From the NCBI GenBank assembly GCA_041178225.1, contig JBEGVV010000024.1, forward strand, positions 7,676-71,675: DNA of 64,000 nucleotides, given 5' to 3'. Source of the stretch: Pseudomonadota bacterium (lineage in GTDB: Bacteria; Pseudomonadota; Alphaproteobacteria; CACIAM-22H2). The notes beneath the pieces are model-generated. The model saw only the letters and a list, made by a program, of their open reading frames with translations, had not been told where the DNA came from and searched no databases. This document shows positions 8,321-19,100 of this stretch, one piece after another. A program made the position numbers and the translations under genes. Numbering within the stretch: the first letter of the stretch is position 1; each line of letters starts with the position of its first letter.

Positions 8321-10348
8321 TCAGGATTCGGATGACCTGCGCCGGCCCGATCGCCGGCCCCGCCCGGCGCCGCCGCCATCGGCCGCCGGGGTCGCCGCCG
8401 GCAGGGCGATGCGCGTGGCAAGCCGCGCATAGGGATCCTCGGCATGGGGGATGGCCATGGCCGACACGAAATGGCGCTGGAAGTCCGGCTCGATGGCGGT
8501 CTCGACCTTCTCGATCCTGCGGACCAGGGCCTCGATCTCGCCCCGCGACCTGGCGTCGAGCAGCGCGATCCGCGCCCCCGTCCCCGCGGCGTTGCCGGCC
8601 GAGCCCACCCGGTCGGGATCGCAATCCGGGATCAGGCCGAGCGCCATCGCGTAGACCGGGTCGATATGGCTGCCGAAGGCGCCCGCCAGGGTGATCCGGT
8701 CGGGCGCCTCGATGCCGTAGCGGTCCATGAGCAGCCGCGCCCCGGCATGCAGCGCGGCCTTGGCCAGCTGGATCGCCCTTATGTCGGCCTGGGTGATGGC
8801 GATGCGCGGCCCCTCCTCGCGCAGCACGTAGCTGAAGGTCCGCCCCTCGGCGACGATGCGCGGGCTGCGCGCGGCGAGCGCGCCATCGATCGTGCCGTCG
8901 CGCGCGACGATGCCCGAGAGATGCATCTCCGCGATCGCCTCGATGATCCCCGACCCGCAGATCCCGGTGACGCCCGAGCGCGCGGTCGCCGCGGCGAAGC
9001 CGGGGTCGTCGGACCAGAGCGGCGAGCCGATCACCTGGAAGCGCGGCTCGAGGGTCTCGCGGTCGATGCGCAGCCGCTCGATCGCGCCGGGCGCGGCGCG
9101 CTGGCCGCAGGAGATCTGCGCCCCCTCGAAGGCCGGCCCGGTGGGAGAGGAGCAGGCGAGCAGCCGCGCGCGGTTGCCGAGCACGAGCTCGGCGTTCGTG
9201 CCAACGTCGACCAGCAGCACGACCTCGTCGCGCAGGTGCGGCCCCTCGGAGAGCACGACGCCCGACGCGTCGGCGCCGACATGGCCGGCGATGCAGGGCA
9301 GCAGGTAGACGCGCGCGCCGGGCGCGAAGGCGAGGCCGACGTCGCGCGCCTCCACGTCGTGCCCGCCATCGATCGCCAGCGCGAAGGGCGCGCCGCCGAG
9401 CTCGGTCGGGTCCAGGCCGAGGAAGAGGTGGTGCATGATCGGGTTGCCGACCACCGTGGCCTCGAGGATGTCCTCCGGCGACAGCCCGGCCTCGCGCGTC
9501 ACCTCGGCCGCGAGGCCGGCGAGCGCCTCGCGCACCAGCGCCGTGAGCTCGCGGTCGCCGCCGGGATGCATCATCACGTAGGAGACCCGGCTCATCAGGT
9601 CCTCGCCGAGCCGGATCTGCGGGTTCATCGCGCCCGCGGAGGCGAGCACGTCGCCGGTGGCGAGGTCGCAGAGATGCGCGGCGATCGTGGTCGAGCCGAT
9701 GTCGACCGCGAGCCCGTGGGCACGCTCGCGCAGGCCGGGCCAGAGCGCGACGATGTCGCGGCCGAGGCGCACGGCGGCGGTGACGCGCCAGCCGCCCGCG
9801 CGCAGCGTGCGCTGGAGCGAGGCGAGGATCGCGGGGCCGGCGGCGAGCCCCTTCAGGCCCCATTGCGCCTCCAGCGCGTCGAGCAGCCGGCGCAGGTCGC
9901 TCGACGGATCGTGCATGTCGGGCTCGGCGACCTCGACGTAGTGCAGGCGCACGACCGGGTCGACCGCGATCGCCCGCGCATCCGCCTCCTTGCGCACGAC
10001 CTGGCGATGGATCTGGCTCTCGGGCGGCACGTCGGCGAGCACGTCGCCGCATATGCGCGCCTGGCAGCCCAGGCGCCGCGCACCGTCGAGCCCGCCGCGC
10101 CGCTCCGCGTGGCGAAGCTCCGTCGCCTCGCGCGGGCCAGCATTGGCGGCGCGGGATTCGAGCCCGAGCTTGGGGAAGCTGCCCTCGGCCACGTCGACCT
10201 TGCAGCGCCCGCATATGCCGCGCCCCGCGCACACGGAATCGAGGTCGACGCCGAGGGCGCGCGCCGCATCGAGCAGGCTGGTGCCGTCGGCAAAGCGTCC
10301 CCTGCGCCCGGATGGCGTGAAGACGACGAGATGGTCCTGCGACGACAT
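8321..10348 (-). CDS. RACo-type reductive activator of corrinoid proteins (N-terminal 2Fe-2S ferredoxin plus ASKHA-fold ATPase, COG3894/DUF4445)
   Basis: Starts MSSQDHLVVFTPSGRRGRFADGTSLLDAARALGVDLDSVCAGRGICGRCKV (plant-type ferredoxin Cys motif), followed by a long ASKHA ATPase region (LAVDIGSTTIAAHL..., ICGSGIIEAIAEM...). The 100-aa Arg-rich upstream extension in the track ORF is rejected. Last gene of the corrinoid operon. Confidence 0.8.
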   Translation of the reverse strand: MSSQDHLVVFTPSGRRGRFADGTSLLDAARALGVDLDSVCAGRGICGRCKVDVAEGSFPKLGLESRAANAGPREATELRHAERRGGLDGARRLGCQARICGDVLADVPPESQIHRQVVRKEADARAIAVDPVVRLHYVEVAEPDMHDPSSDLRRLLDALEAQWGLKGLAAGPAILASLQRTLRAGGWRVTAAVRLGRDIVALWPGLRERAHGLAVDIGSTTIAAHLCDLATGDVLASAGAMNPQIRLGEDLMSRVSYVMMHPGGDRELTALVREALAGLAAEVTREAGLSPEDILEATVVGNPIMHHLFLGLDPTELGGAPFALAIDGGHDVEARDVGLAFAPGARVYLLPCIAGHVGADASGVVLSEGPHLRDEVVLLVDVGTNAELVLGNRARLLACSSPTGPAFEGAQISCGQRAAPGAIERLRIDRETLEPRFQVIGSPLWSDDPGFAAATARSGVTGICGSGIIEAIAEMHLSGIVARDGTIDGALAARSPRIVAEGRTFSYVLREEGPRIAITQADIRAIQLAKAALHAGARLLMDRYGIEAPDRITLAGAFGSHIDPVYAMALGLIPDCDPDRVGSAGNAAGTGARIALLDARSRGEIEALVRRIEKVETAIEPDFQRHFVSAMAIPHAEDPYARLATRIALPAATPAADGGGAGRGRRSGRRRSSES

Positions 10349-10362
10349 GGCCCGCGCGTGCC

Positions 10363-10671
10363 TCAGCCCTTCGCCGGCTCGCGCCCGCCAGCGGCGACGA
10401 GCGCGGCGAGCCGCGCGTCGTCGTAGTCGCGCTCGAAGGCGGCCGCGGCCTCGGCCGCCGCGGCCTCGAGGTCGTCGCCGCAGGGAACGGGCTCGGCGCG
10501 GCGCCACTCCGCCAGGTAGGCGTCGGTCTCGCGCGCGCCGCCGCGCATCGCCGCGCGGTCGATCGCGTCCTGGAAGCGCTGCGGCAGCTCGCGCTTCGCG
10601 TTCGCGCGCCCCGCCTTCGCGATCACCTGGGCAGGGATGTCGCGCCACCAGATCACCGTCAGCTGCGCCAT
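10363..10671 (-). CDS. Small conserved hypothetical protein (about 102 aa), often seen in corrinoid/methyltransferase clusters; possibly 'virulence factor' small-protein family
   Basis: MAQLTVIWWRDIPAQVIAKAGRANAKRELPQRFQDAIDRAAMRGG...EPVPCGDDLEAAAAEAAAAFERDYDD. The ATG at 10669-10671 overlaps the DUF1638 3' end, and there is a 14-bp gap to the RACo start. The family assignment is from memory and tentative. Confidence 0.5.
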   Translation of the reverse strand: MAQLTVIWWRDIPAQVIAKAGRANAKRELPQRFQDAIDRAAMRGGARETDAYLAEWRRAEPVPCGDDLEAAAAEAAAAFERDYDDARLAALVAAGGREPAKG

Positions 10672-11297
10672 GGCATGCCTCCGGGAAGCGTGGCGCCGGC
10701 GAGGAAGCGCGCGATGCCGCCGAGGCCAGTGGGCCGCACCTCCAGCGCGAGGCCGAGGCGGCCTGCCGCGGCGGCCGCGGCGTCGCGCAGCGCCGGGTCG
10801 TCGGCCTGCGCGAGGTAGACCACGCGCCGGTAGTTGCCGAAATAGTCGGGGAGCAGCTCGGGGTGGCGGTCGAGGCCGAGGCCGCGGATGACCAGCGCCT
10901 CGAAATGCCTGACCAGGTAGTCGGTCAGGTAGAAGGTGCCGGGCTCGGCGTCGTGCAGCGCCGCGAACTCCGCCTCTCCGGCATAGAACTCGTAGCAATG
11001 CGCGCCATCGATGCGCTCCACGCCCTCCTCCGCGAGCACGCGGTCGAGCATGCCGCCCGTCCCGCAATCGCCATAGAGGCAGAGCACGCGCTCGAAGCTC
11101 CCGCGCGCCTCGCGGATCCTGCCGCGCACCGCCTCGGGGATCCGCTGCGGGCGGTTATGCAGGTCGGCGGGCAGGCAGGCGAGCTCGACATGGCCCCAGC
11201 CATTGAGGCGGACCACCGCGAGCACCTCGCGCGCGAGCGCGCCGCAGGCGATGACGAGCGTACGCGGCGGGCCCGGATCCGCGCCGTCCGCGCTCAT
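10659..11297 (-). CDS. DUF1638 domain protein (accessory protein commonly encoded beside corrinoid proteins)
   Basis: MSADGADPGPPRTLVIACGALAREVLAVV...LCLYGDCGTGGMLDRVL...AHCYEFY... The start overlaps the corrinoid-protein stop by ATGA. Confidence 0.7.
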   Translation of the reverse strand: MSADGADPGPPRTLVIACGALAREVLAVVRLNGWGHVELACLPADLHNRPQRIPEAVRGRIREARGSFERVLCLYGDCGTGGMLDRVLAEEGVERIDGAHCYEFYAGEAEFAALHDAEPGTFYLTDYLVRHFEALVIRGLGLDRHPELLPDYFGNYRRVVYLAQADDPALRDAAAAAAGRLGLALEVRPTGLGGIARFLAGATLPGGMPWRS

Positions 11298-11989
11298 CCC
11301 GCCGCGCGCTGGTTGTGGCGGCGGCGGATGAGGTCCTTCGCGGTCTCCACCGTCACCGCGGCGTCGCGGCAATAGGCGTCGGCGCCGACCTGGCGCGCGA
11401 AGTCCTCGTTGAGGGGCGCGCCGCCGACGAGGACGATGTAGTCGTCGCGGATGCCCTTCTCCTTCATCGTGTCGATGACGACCTTCATGTAGGGCATCGT
11501 GGTCGTGAGCAGCGCCGACATGCCGATGATGTCCGGCTTGTGCTCCTCGAGGGCGGCCAGGTACTTCTCCACGGGATTGTTGATCCCGAGGTCGATCACC
11601 TCGAAGCCGGCGCCCTCCATCATCATGCAGACGAGGTTCTTGCCGATGTCGTGGATGTCACCCTTGACCGTGCCGATCACCATCTTGCCGATCTTCGGCG
11701 CGCCGGTCTCCGCGAGGAGCGGGCGCAGGATGGCCATCCCCGCCTTCATCGCGTTGGCGGAGAGCAGCACCTCCGGCACGAACAGGATGCCGTCGCGGAA
11801 ATCCTCGCCGACGATGCGCATGCCCTCCACGAGGGCCTTGGTCAGGACGTCGTAGGGCGTCCACCTGCGCGAGAGCAGGATCCGCACGCCCTGCTCGATC
11901 TCCTCCTTGAGGCCGTCATAGAGGTCGTCGTGCATCTGCTGCACGAGGTCGTCGTCGCCAAGCGCGTTGAGGTCGATTTCGTCCGACAT
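11294..11989 (-). CDS. Corrinoid (cobalamin-binding) protein of the methyltransferase-associated MtgC/MtbC/MttC type
   Basis: MSDEIDLNALGDDDLVQQMHDDLYDG... is the N-terminal B12-binding-2 helical cap. It is followed by a Rossmann B12-binding domain with the DxHxxG-like motif (GTVKGDIHDIGKNLV) and GMSALLTTTMPYMK. The 65-aa upstream extension in the track ORF is rejected. Confidence 0.8.
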   Translation of the reverse strand: MSDEIDLNALGDDDLVQQMHDDLYDGLKEEIEQGVRILLSRRWTPYDVLTKALVEGMRIVGEDFRDGILFVPEVLLSANAMKAGMAILRPLLAETGAPKIGKMVIGTVKGDIHDIGKNLVCMMMEGAGFEVIDLGINNPVEKYLAALEEHKPDIIGMSALLTTTMPYMKVVIDTMKEKGIRDDYIVLVGGAPLNEDFARQVGADAYCRDAAVTVETAKDLIRRRHNQRAAG

Positions 11990-12155
11990 GGTCGATAGCC
12001 ACCTGCCTGTGGACCGGGTGGATGTTTCTAGCCCAGCGATAAGCGGCTGTCGCGCGGTTTGCGTCGCCGACGCTTCCGGCTGCCGGGCGTTTCCGCCATG
12101 ATCACGCACGGTAAGGCCGGCGCGTCGCCGGCCGGCAAGCGGGGGAACACAGGGC

Positions 12156-14567
12156 ATGAAATCCCATGTGCGCGTCGTGGTCATCGGCGGTGGCGTGGTC
12201 GGCGCAAGCGTCCTCTACCACCTGACCAAGATCGGCTGGACCGACGCGATGCTGCTGGAGAAGCACGAGCTCACCTCGGGCTCGACCTGGCACGCGGCGG
12301 CCAGCGTCCACACCTACAACTCGGACGCCAACGTCTCGAAGCTGCAGAAGTACACGATCGACCTCTACCGCGAGATCGAGGCGATCTCCGGCCAGTCCTG
12401 CGGCATCCATGCCACCGGCAACATGGTCGTCGCCGCCAACCAGACGGTGCTCGACAACATCCGGATGATGCACAGCCGGGGCAAGTACCTCGGCCTCGAG
12501 ATGGAGCTCATCTCGCCAGAGGAGGCGCGGAAGCTCAACCCGCTGATCGAGCCATCGGAGTTCCTCGGCGCGCTGTGGCGCAAGGACGGCGGCCATGTCG
12601 ACCCCAACGGCGTCACGCAGGCCTACGCGATCGCCGCGCGCAAGGCGGGCGCGGAGGTGCACCGCTTCACGATGGTGAAGGAACTGCACCAGCGGCCGGA
12701 CGGCTCCTGGCGCGTCGTCACCGACAAGGGCGACGTGATCGCCGAGCACGTCGTCAACGCCGGCGGCCTCTGGGCCCGCGAGGTCGGCCGGATGGCCGGC
12801 GTCGAGCTGCCCGTGCTGGCGATGGAGCACATGTACATCGTCACCGAGGAGATGCCCGAGGTCGTGGCCCTCGAGCGCGAGCTGCTGCCGACCACCGACT
12901 ACTCCGGCGAGATCTACATGCGCCAGGAGGGCAAGGGCGTCCTCATGGGCACCTACGAGCGCGACTGCCGCGTCTGGTCCCCGGACACCACGCCGTGGGA
13001 CTTCAACATGCAGCTGCTGCCCGACGACCTCGACCGGCTCAGCCCGCATCTCGAGATCGGCTTCCGCCACTTCCCGGCGATCGGCCGCGCGGGCATCAAG
13101 AAGGTCGTGAACGGCCCCTTCACCTTCGCGCCAGACGGCAACCCGCTGGTCGGCCCGGTGCGCGGGCTGCGCAACTTCTGGAGCGCCTGCGGCGTCATGG
13201 CGGGCTTCGCCCAGGGCGGCGGCGTCGGCCTCGCCCTCTCGCGCTGGATGGAGCATGGCGAACCAGGCGCCGACCTCTTCGCGATGGACGTCTCGCGCTT
13301 CGGCAGCTACGCCACGCCGCGCTACACCCACGTGAAGGTGCAGGAGAACTACCAGCGCCGCTTCCGCATCGCCTTCCCGAACGAGGAGCTGCCGGCGGCG
13401 CGGCCGCTGCGCCGCACGCCGGTCTACGACCGGCTCAAGTCGCGCGGAGCGGTGTTCGGCGCCTCCTTCGGCCTCGAGACGGCGCTGTGGTACGCGCCTG
13501 AGGGAATGGAGGCGGCGGAGACGCCGACCTATCGCCGCTCCAACGCCTTCCCGGTCGTGCGCGAGGAATGCCTCGCCGTGCGCAACGACGTCGGCATCAT
13601 GGAGATCTCCGGCTTCGGCAAGTACGAGGTGTCGGGGCCCGGCGCCGAGGCCTGGCTCGACCACCTGCTCGCGTCGCGCATCCCGAAGCCCGGGCGCATG
13701 GTGCTCGCGCCGATGCTCAACGAGCGCGGCACGATCATGGGCGACTTCTCCCTGGCCCGCCTCGCCGCCGATCGCTTCCTGATGGTCGGCTCGGGCGCGG
13801 CGGAGGTCTTCCACATGCGCTGGTTCGAGCGCATCGGGATCCCGGCGGGCGTCCATGTCCGGCCGCTCCCCGGCGCCCTCACCGGCTTCATGGTCGCCGG
13901 CCCCCGCTCCAGGGAACTGCTCCAGCGCCTCGTGCGCGAGGACATCTCCAACGCCGCGTTCCGCTTCTTCGCCGTGCGCGAGATGGCGGTCGGGATGGTC
14001 CCCGCGATCGTCGCGCGCGCCAGCTACACCGGCGACCTCGGCTACGAGATCTGGACGACGCCGGACTTCCAGATGTCGCTGCACGAGGCGCTGGTCGAGG
14101 CGGGCAAGGATCTGGGCCTGCGCCATTTCGGCAACCGCGCGCTGATGTCGCTGCGGCTCGAGAAGGGCTATGGCGCCTTCCTGCGCGAGTTCCGCCCCGA
14201 CTACACGCCGGTGGAGAGCGGGCTCGACCGCTTCGTCGCCTACGACAAGCCCGGCTTCGTCGGGCGCGAGGCCGCGCTCAGGGACCGCGCGACGCCGCCG
14301 ACGCGCCGCCTCGTGCCGCTGGTGGTCGACACCGACGTCGAGGTCGTCGGCTACGAATCGATCCTCAAGGGTGGCGCGCCCGTCGGCCAGGTCACCTCGG
14401 GCGGCTACGCGCACTGGGCCGGCAAGAGCATGGCGATGGGCTACGTGGCCGCCGAGCACGCGGTCGACGGCGCGGAGTTCGAGATCCAGATCTTCGAGCA
14501 TGTCCGCAAGGCGCGCATCGCGATGACCCCGCTCTTCGACGCCAATGGCGGGCGACAGCGCAGCTGA
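12156..14567 (+). CDS. Dimethylglycine/sarcosine dehydrogenase-like flavoenzyme (FAD amine oxidoreductase with C-terminal GcvT-like THF-binding aminomethyltransferase domain), paralog 1
   Basis: 803 aa. Begins with the dinucleotide fold MKSHVRVVVIGGGVVGASVLYHL. SGSTWHAAA matches the covalent-FAD His motif of DMGDH/SARDH. The C-terminal GcvT fold has FTGDLGYEIW and a YAHWAGKSMAMGYV-type tail. Diverges from the corrinoid operon across a 166-bp intergenic region. Confidence 0.85.
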   Translation: MKSHVRVVVIGGGVVGASVLYHLTKIGWTDAMLLEKHELTSGSTWHAAASVHTYNSDANVSKLQKYTIDLYREIEAISGQSCGIHATGNMVVAANQTVLDNIRMMHSRGKYLGLEMELISPEEARKLNPLIEPSEFLGALWRKDGGHVDPNGVTQAYAIAARKAGAEVHRFTMVKELHQRPDGSWRVVTDKGDVIAEHVVNAGGLWAREVGRMAGVELPVLAMEHMYIVTEEMPEVVALERELLPTTDYSGEIYMRQEGKGVLMGTYERDCRVWSPDTTPWDFNMQLLPDDLDRLSPHLEIGFRHFPAIGRAGIKKVVNGPFTFAPDGNPLVGPVRGLRNFWSACGVMAGFAQGGGVGLALSRWMEHGEPGADLFAMDVSRFGSYATPRYTHVKVQENYQRRFRIAFPNEELPAARPLRRTPVYDRLKSRGAVFGASFGLETALWYAPEGMEAAETPTYRRSNAFPVVREECLAVRNDVGIMEISGFGKYEVSGPGAEAWLDHLLASRIPKPGRMVLAPMLNERGTIMGDFSLARLAADRFLMVGSGAAEVFHMRWFERIGIPAGVHVRPLPGALTGFMVAGPRSRELLQRLVREDISNAAFRFFAVREMAVGMVPAIVARASYTGDLGYEIWTTPDFQMSLHEALVEAGKDLGLRHFGNRALMSLRLEKGYGAFLREFRPDYTPVESGLDRFVAYDKPGFVGREAALRDRATPPTRRLVPLVVDTDVEVVGYESILKGGAPVGQVTSGGYAHWAGKSMAMGYVAAEHAVDGAEFEIQIFEHVRKARIAMTPLFDANGGRQRS

Positions 14568-14991
14568 CGGCGCGGCCGCCGTCGCCACCGGCGGCTGCCT
14601 GTGCGGCGCGGTGCGCTTCGCGCTGCGCCCGCCGCTGCGGCAGGTCATCGCCTGCCATTGCGGGCAGTGCCGCCGCTGGCACGGCCATGTCGCCGCATAC
14701 ACGGCATGCGCCGACGCCGACCTGTCCTTCGAGAGCGACAGCGGCCTCGCCTGGTTCCGGTCCTCCGACGTCGCGCGACGCGGCTTCTGCCGGGAATGCG
14801 GCTCGTCGCTGTTCTGGAAGCGCCATGGATCGGACCGCATCTCGGTCGCGGCAGGCGCGCTCGACGGCCCCACCGGGCTCGCGACGACGCTGCAGATCTT
14901 CGTCGCCGACAAGGGCGACTACTACCGCCTCGATCCCGCGACGCCGTCGCGCGGCGGGACCGGCGAGGCCAGCGAGGGGGACGACGCATGA
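14545..14991 (+). CDS. GFA family protein (glutathione-dependent formaldehyde-activating enzyme / CENP-V fold)
   Basis: Cys zinc-site pattern CLCGAV...CHCGQCRRWHG...CRECGSSLFW is characteristic of GFA. Overlaps the DMGDH 3' end by 23 nt, and its stop overlaps the next gene's start. Confidence 0.7.
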   Translation: MAGDSAADGAAAVATGGCLCGAVRFALRPPLRQVIACHCGQCRRWHGHVAAYTACADADLSFESDSGLAWFRSSDVARRGFCRECGSSLFWKRHGSDRISVAAGALDGPTGLATTLQIFVADKGDYYRLDPATPSRGGTGEASEGDDA

Positions 14992-16238
14992 CGGGCGTGT
15001 TCAAGGATCCGCGCAAGCGCGCCTACCTCAACCCCGAGGGCGCCGACCGGCCGCTCCGCAGCCCGGTCCCGCGCTCGACGCTGCTCGCCGCCCGCGCGTG
15101 GCGCAAGCGGCGCCTCGTCGAGCAGGTCGTCGCGCATGACTGCGCCGCCATCCTGCTCTACGACCCGGTCAACATCCGCTACGCGCTCGACGTCACCAAC
15201 ATGCAGCTCTGGATGACGCACAACCCGTCGCACTACGCGGTGGTCTGCGCGGACGGGCACGCGATCGACTTCGAGTACGGCAAGTCCGAGCACCTCGCGA
15301 GGGGGTTCGAGACGATCGACGAGGTCCGCACCGCGCGGACATGGTTCTACTTCTCCGCCGGGGCGCGGCTGCACGAGCGCGTCGAGCTCTGGGCGGACGA
15401 GATCGTCGACATCCTTCGCGAGCGGGGCGGCGGCAACATGCGCCTCGCCGCCGACAAGCTCGAGATGGAGGGCGTCGACGCGCTGCGCCGGCGCGGCGTC
15501 ACGCTCGTCGAGGGACAGGAGCTCACCGAGCACGCGCGCAAGATAAAGAGCGCCGACGAGATCGAGCTGATGAAGTGGACGGTGCGCGTATGCGAGGCCG
15601 GGATGGCGCGGATGTACGAGCATTCGCTGCCTGGCCGGACCGAGAACGAGATCTGGGCGGAGCTGCACTTCGAGAACATCCGCTCCGGCGGGGAGTGGCT
15701 TGAATCCCGCCTCCTCGCCTCGGGCCCGCGCACGAACCCCTGGTTCCAGGAGAGCTCCGACCGGGTCTGCGAGGCCGGCGACATGCTGGCCTTCGACACC
15801 GACATGATCGGCCCCTATGGCTATTGCGCCGACCTCTCCCGCTCCTGGACCATCGGCCATGTGCGCATGACGCCCGAGCAGCGGTCGCTCTACGCGGCCG
15901 CGGTCGACCAGATCGAGCACAACGTGGCGATCCTCCGCCCGGGCATGACCTGCCGCGAGTTCGACGAGAAGAGCTGGCGCATACCCGCGAAGTACCAGGC
16001 GCGCCGCTATTCGGCGGCGCTGCACGGCGTGGGCCTCGCCGACGAGTGGCCCTCGGTGCCGACGCATGTCGACTTCGCGCGCGCCTATCCCTCGGTGTTC
16101 GAGGAGAACATGGTGCTCTGCGTCGAGGCCCTGATCGGCGAGGAGGGCGGGCGCGAATGCGTCAAGCTCGAGACGCAGGTCCTGGTCACCGCCAACGGCC
16201 CGGTGCGCCTCGACAGCTTCCCCTGGGAAGCGGACTGA
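14988..16238 (+). CDS. M24-family creatinase-fold hydrolase (creatinase / ectoine hydrolase DoeA / DddP-like; exact specificity unknown)
   Basis: 416 aa. The N-terminal creatinase-N-like region is followed by an M24 pita-bread domain (DTDMIGPYGYCADLSRSW, HGVGL, VLCVEALIGEEGG, ETQVLVTANG). Its ATG overlaps the GFA stop, so the two are translationally coupled. Confidence 0.75.
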   Translation: MTGVFKDPRKRAYLNPEGADRPLRSPVPRSTLLAARAWRKRRLVEQVVAHDCAAILLYDPVNIRYALDVTNMQLWMTHNPSHYAVVCADGHAIDFEYGKSEHLARGFETIDEVRTARTWFYFSAGARLHERVELWADEIVDILRERGGGNMRLAADKLEMEGVDALRRRGVTLVEGQELTEHARKIKSADEIELMKWTVRVCEAGMARMYEHSLPGRTENEIWAELHFENIRSGGEWLESRLLASGPRTNPWFQESSDRVCEAGDMLAFDTDMIGPYGYCADLSRSWTIGHVRMTPEQRSLYAAAVDQIEHNVAILRPGMTCREFDEKSWRIPAKYQARRYSAALHGVGLADEWPSVPTHVDFARAYPSVFEENMVLCVEALIGEEGGRECVKLETQVLVTANGPVRLDSFPWEAD

Positions 16239-16258
16239 CGGGGACGCTCGGCGCGGCC

Positions 16259-18263
<2,005 letters not shown>

Positions 18264-18271
<8 letters not shown>

Positions 18272-19100
18272 CTTCGGACGCCTCGCGCAGCCCGGTGGCG
18301 AGGAAGTTGAAGCCGACCACCAGCGAGGACACGGCGAGCGCGGGGATCAGCGTCATGTGCGGCCAGACGAAGATCGTGCCGTAGCTCTCCTTGATCATGC
18401 TGCCCCAGTCGGGGTCGGGCGGCGGCAGGCCGATGCCGAGGAAGCCGAGGACGCCGATGGCGATCACCGTGTATCCGAGGCGCAGGAAGAAATCGACGAT
18501 CAGCGGCCCGCGCGCGTTCGGCAGGATCTCGGCAAGCAGCACGAACCATGTCGGCTCGCCGCGCATGCGCGCCGCGGCCACGTAGTCGCGGTTCTTCACG
18601 TCGAGCGTCACCGCGCGCACGATGCGGGCGATGATCGGGGCCTGCGTCACCGTCACGACGGCGATGATGTTGAAGGCCGAGGCGCCGAAGCGCGCGATGA
18701 CGATCAGGTAGAGGATGATCTTGGGGAAGGCGAGCAGCGTGTCGCCGACGCGCATGAGGATGGAATCGACCGCGCCGCCCTTGTAGCCGGCGACCAGCCC
18801 GAGGATCGTGCCCAGCATCGCCGCGCCGAGCACCGCGGCCGGCGCCACGGTCAGCACCGTGCGCGCGCCCCACATCAGGCGCGAGAGGATGTCGCGCCCG
18901 AGCTGGTCGACGCCCAGCCAGTTCGCCGAGGTCGGGTAGGGATAGGCGATGAGCGCCGGGTCGATGCGGTTCGGCGGGTATGGCGCGATCCAGGGCGCCA
19001 GCAGCCCCATCGCCGCCCAGAACAGGACGATCGCGGCGCCCACGCAGCCGACCGGGGAGCGCCCGAGCAGCGCGATCCATGCCGCGGGCCGCGCCCTCAT
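18264..19100 (-). CDS. ABC transporter permease (DppC-like)
   Basis: Starts MRARPAAWIALLGRSPVGCVGAAIVLFWAAMGLLAPWIAPYPPNRIDP. 278 aa and hydrophobic. Overlaps the upstream permease stop and the downstream ATPase start. Confidence 0.8.

Noticed and set aside
8321-10648. The 100-aa Arg-rich N-terminal extension of the RACo ORF. Similar upstream extensions occur on 10659..11372, 11294..12184, 25172..26668, 26514..28220, 27661..29211, 38097..39113 and 59196..60899.
   Set aside because: The extensions are low-complexity Arg/Gly/Pro strings in the GC-rich frame. The conserved family N-termini begin at internal Met codons, often with stop/start overlap to the neighbouring gene, which I used as starts.
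11990-12155. Cobalamin riboswitch in the leader of the corrinoid-protein operon
   Set aside because: I could not find a B12-box-like conserved core in either orientation of the 166-bp divergent intergenic region. Corrinoid-protein genes are not normally riboswitch-controlled. A covariance-model scan (Rfam RF00174) would be needed to exclude it formally.
16239-16258. Possible bidirectional terminator between the convergent M24 hydrolase and ABC ATPase genes
   Set aside because: Only an imperfect GC inverted repeat (GGCGCGGCC...GGCCGGCGCC with an indel) in a 20-bp gap. It is too weak to call.
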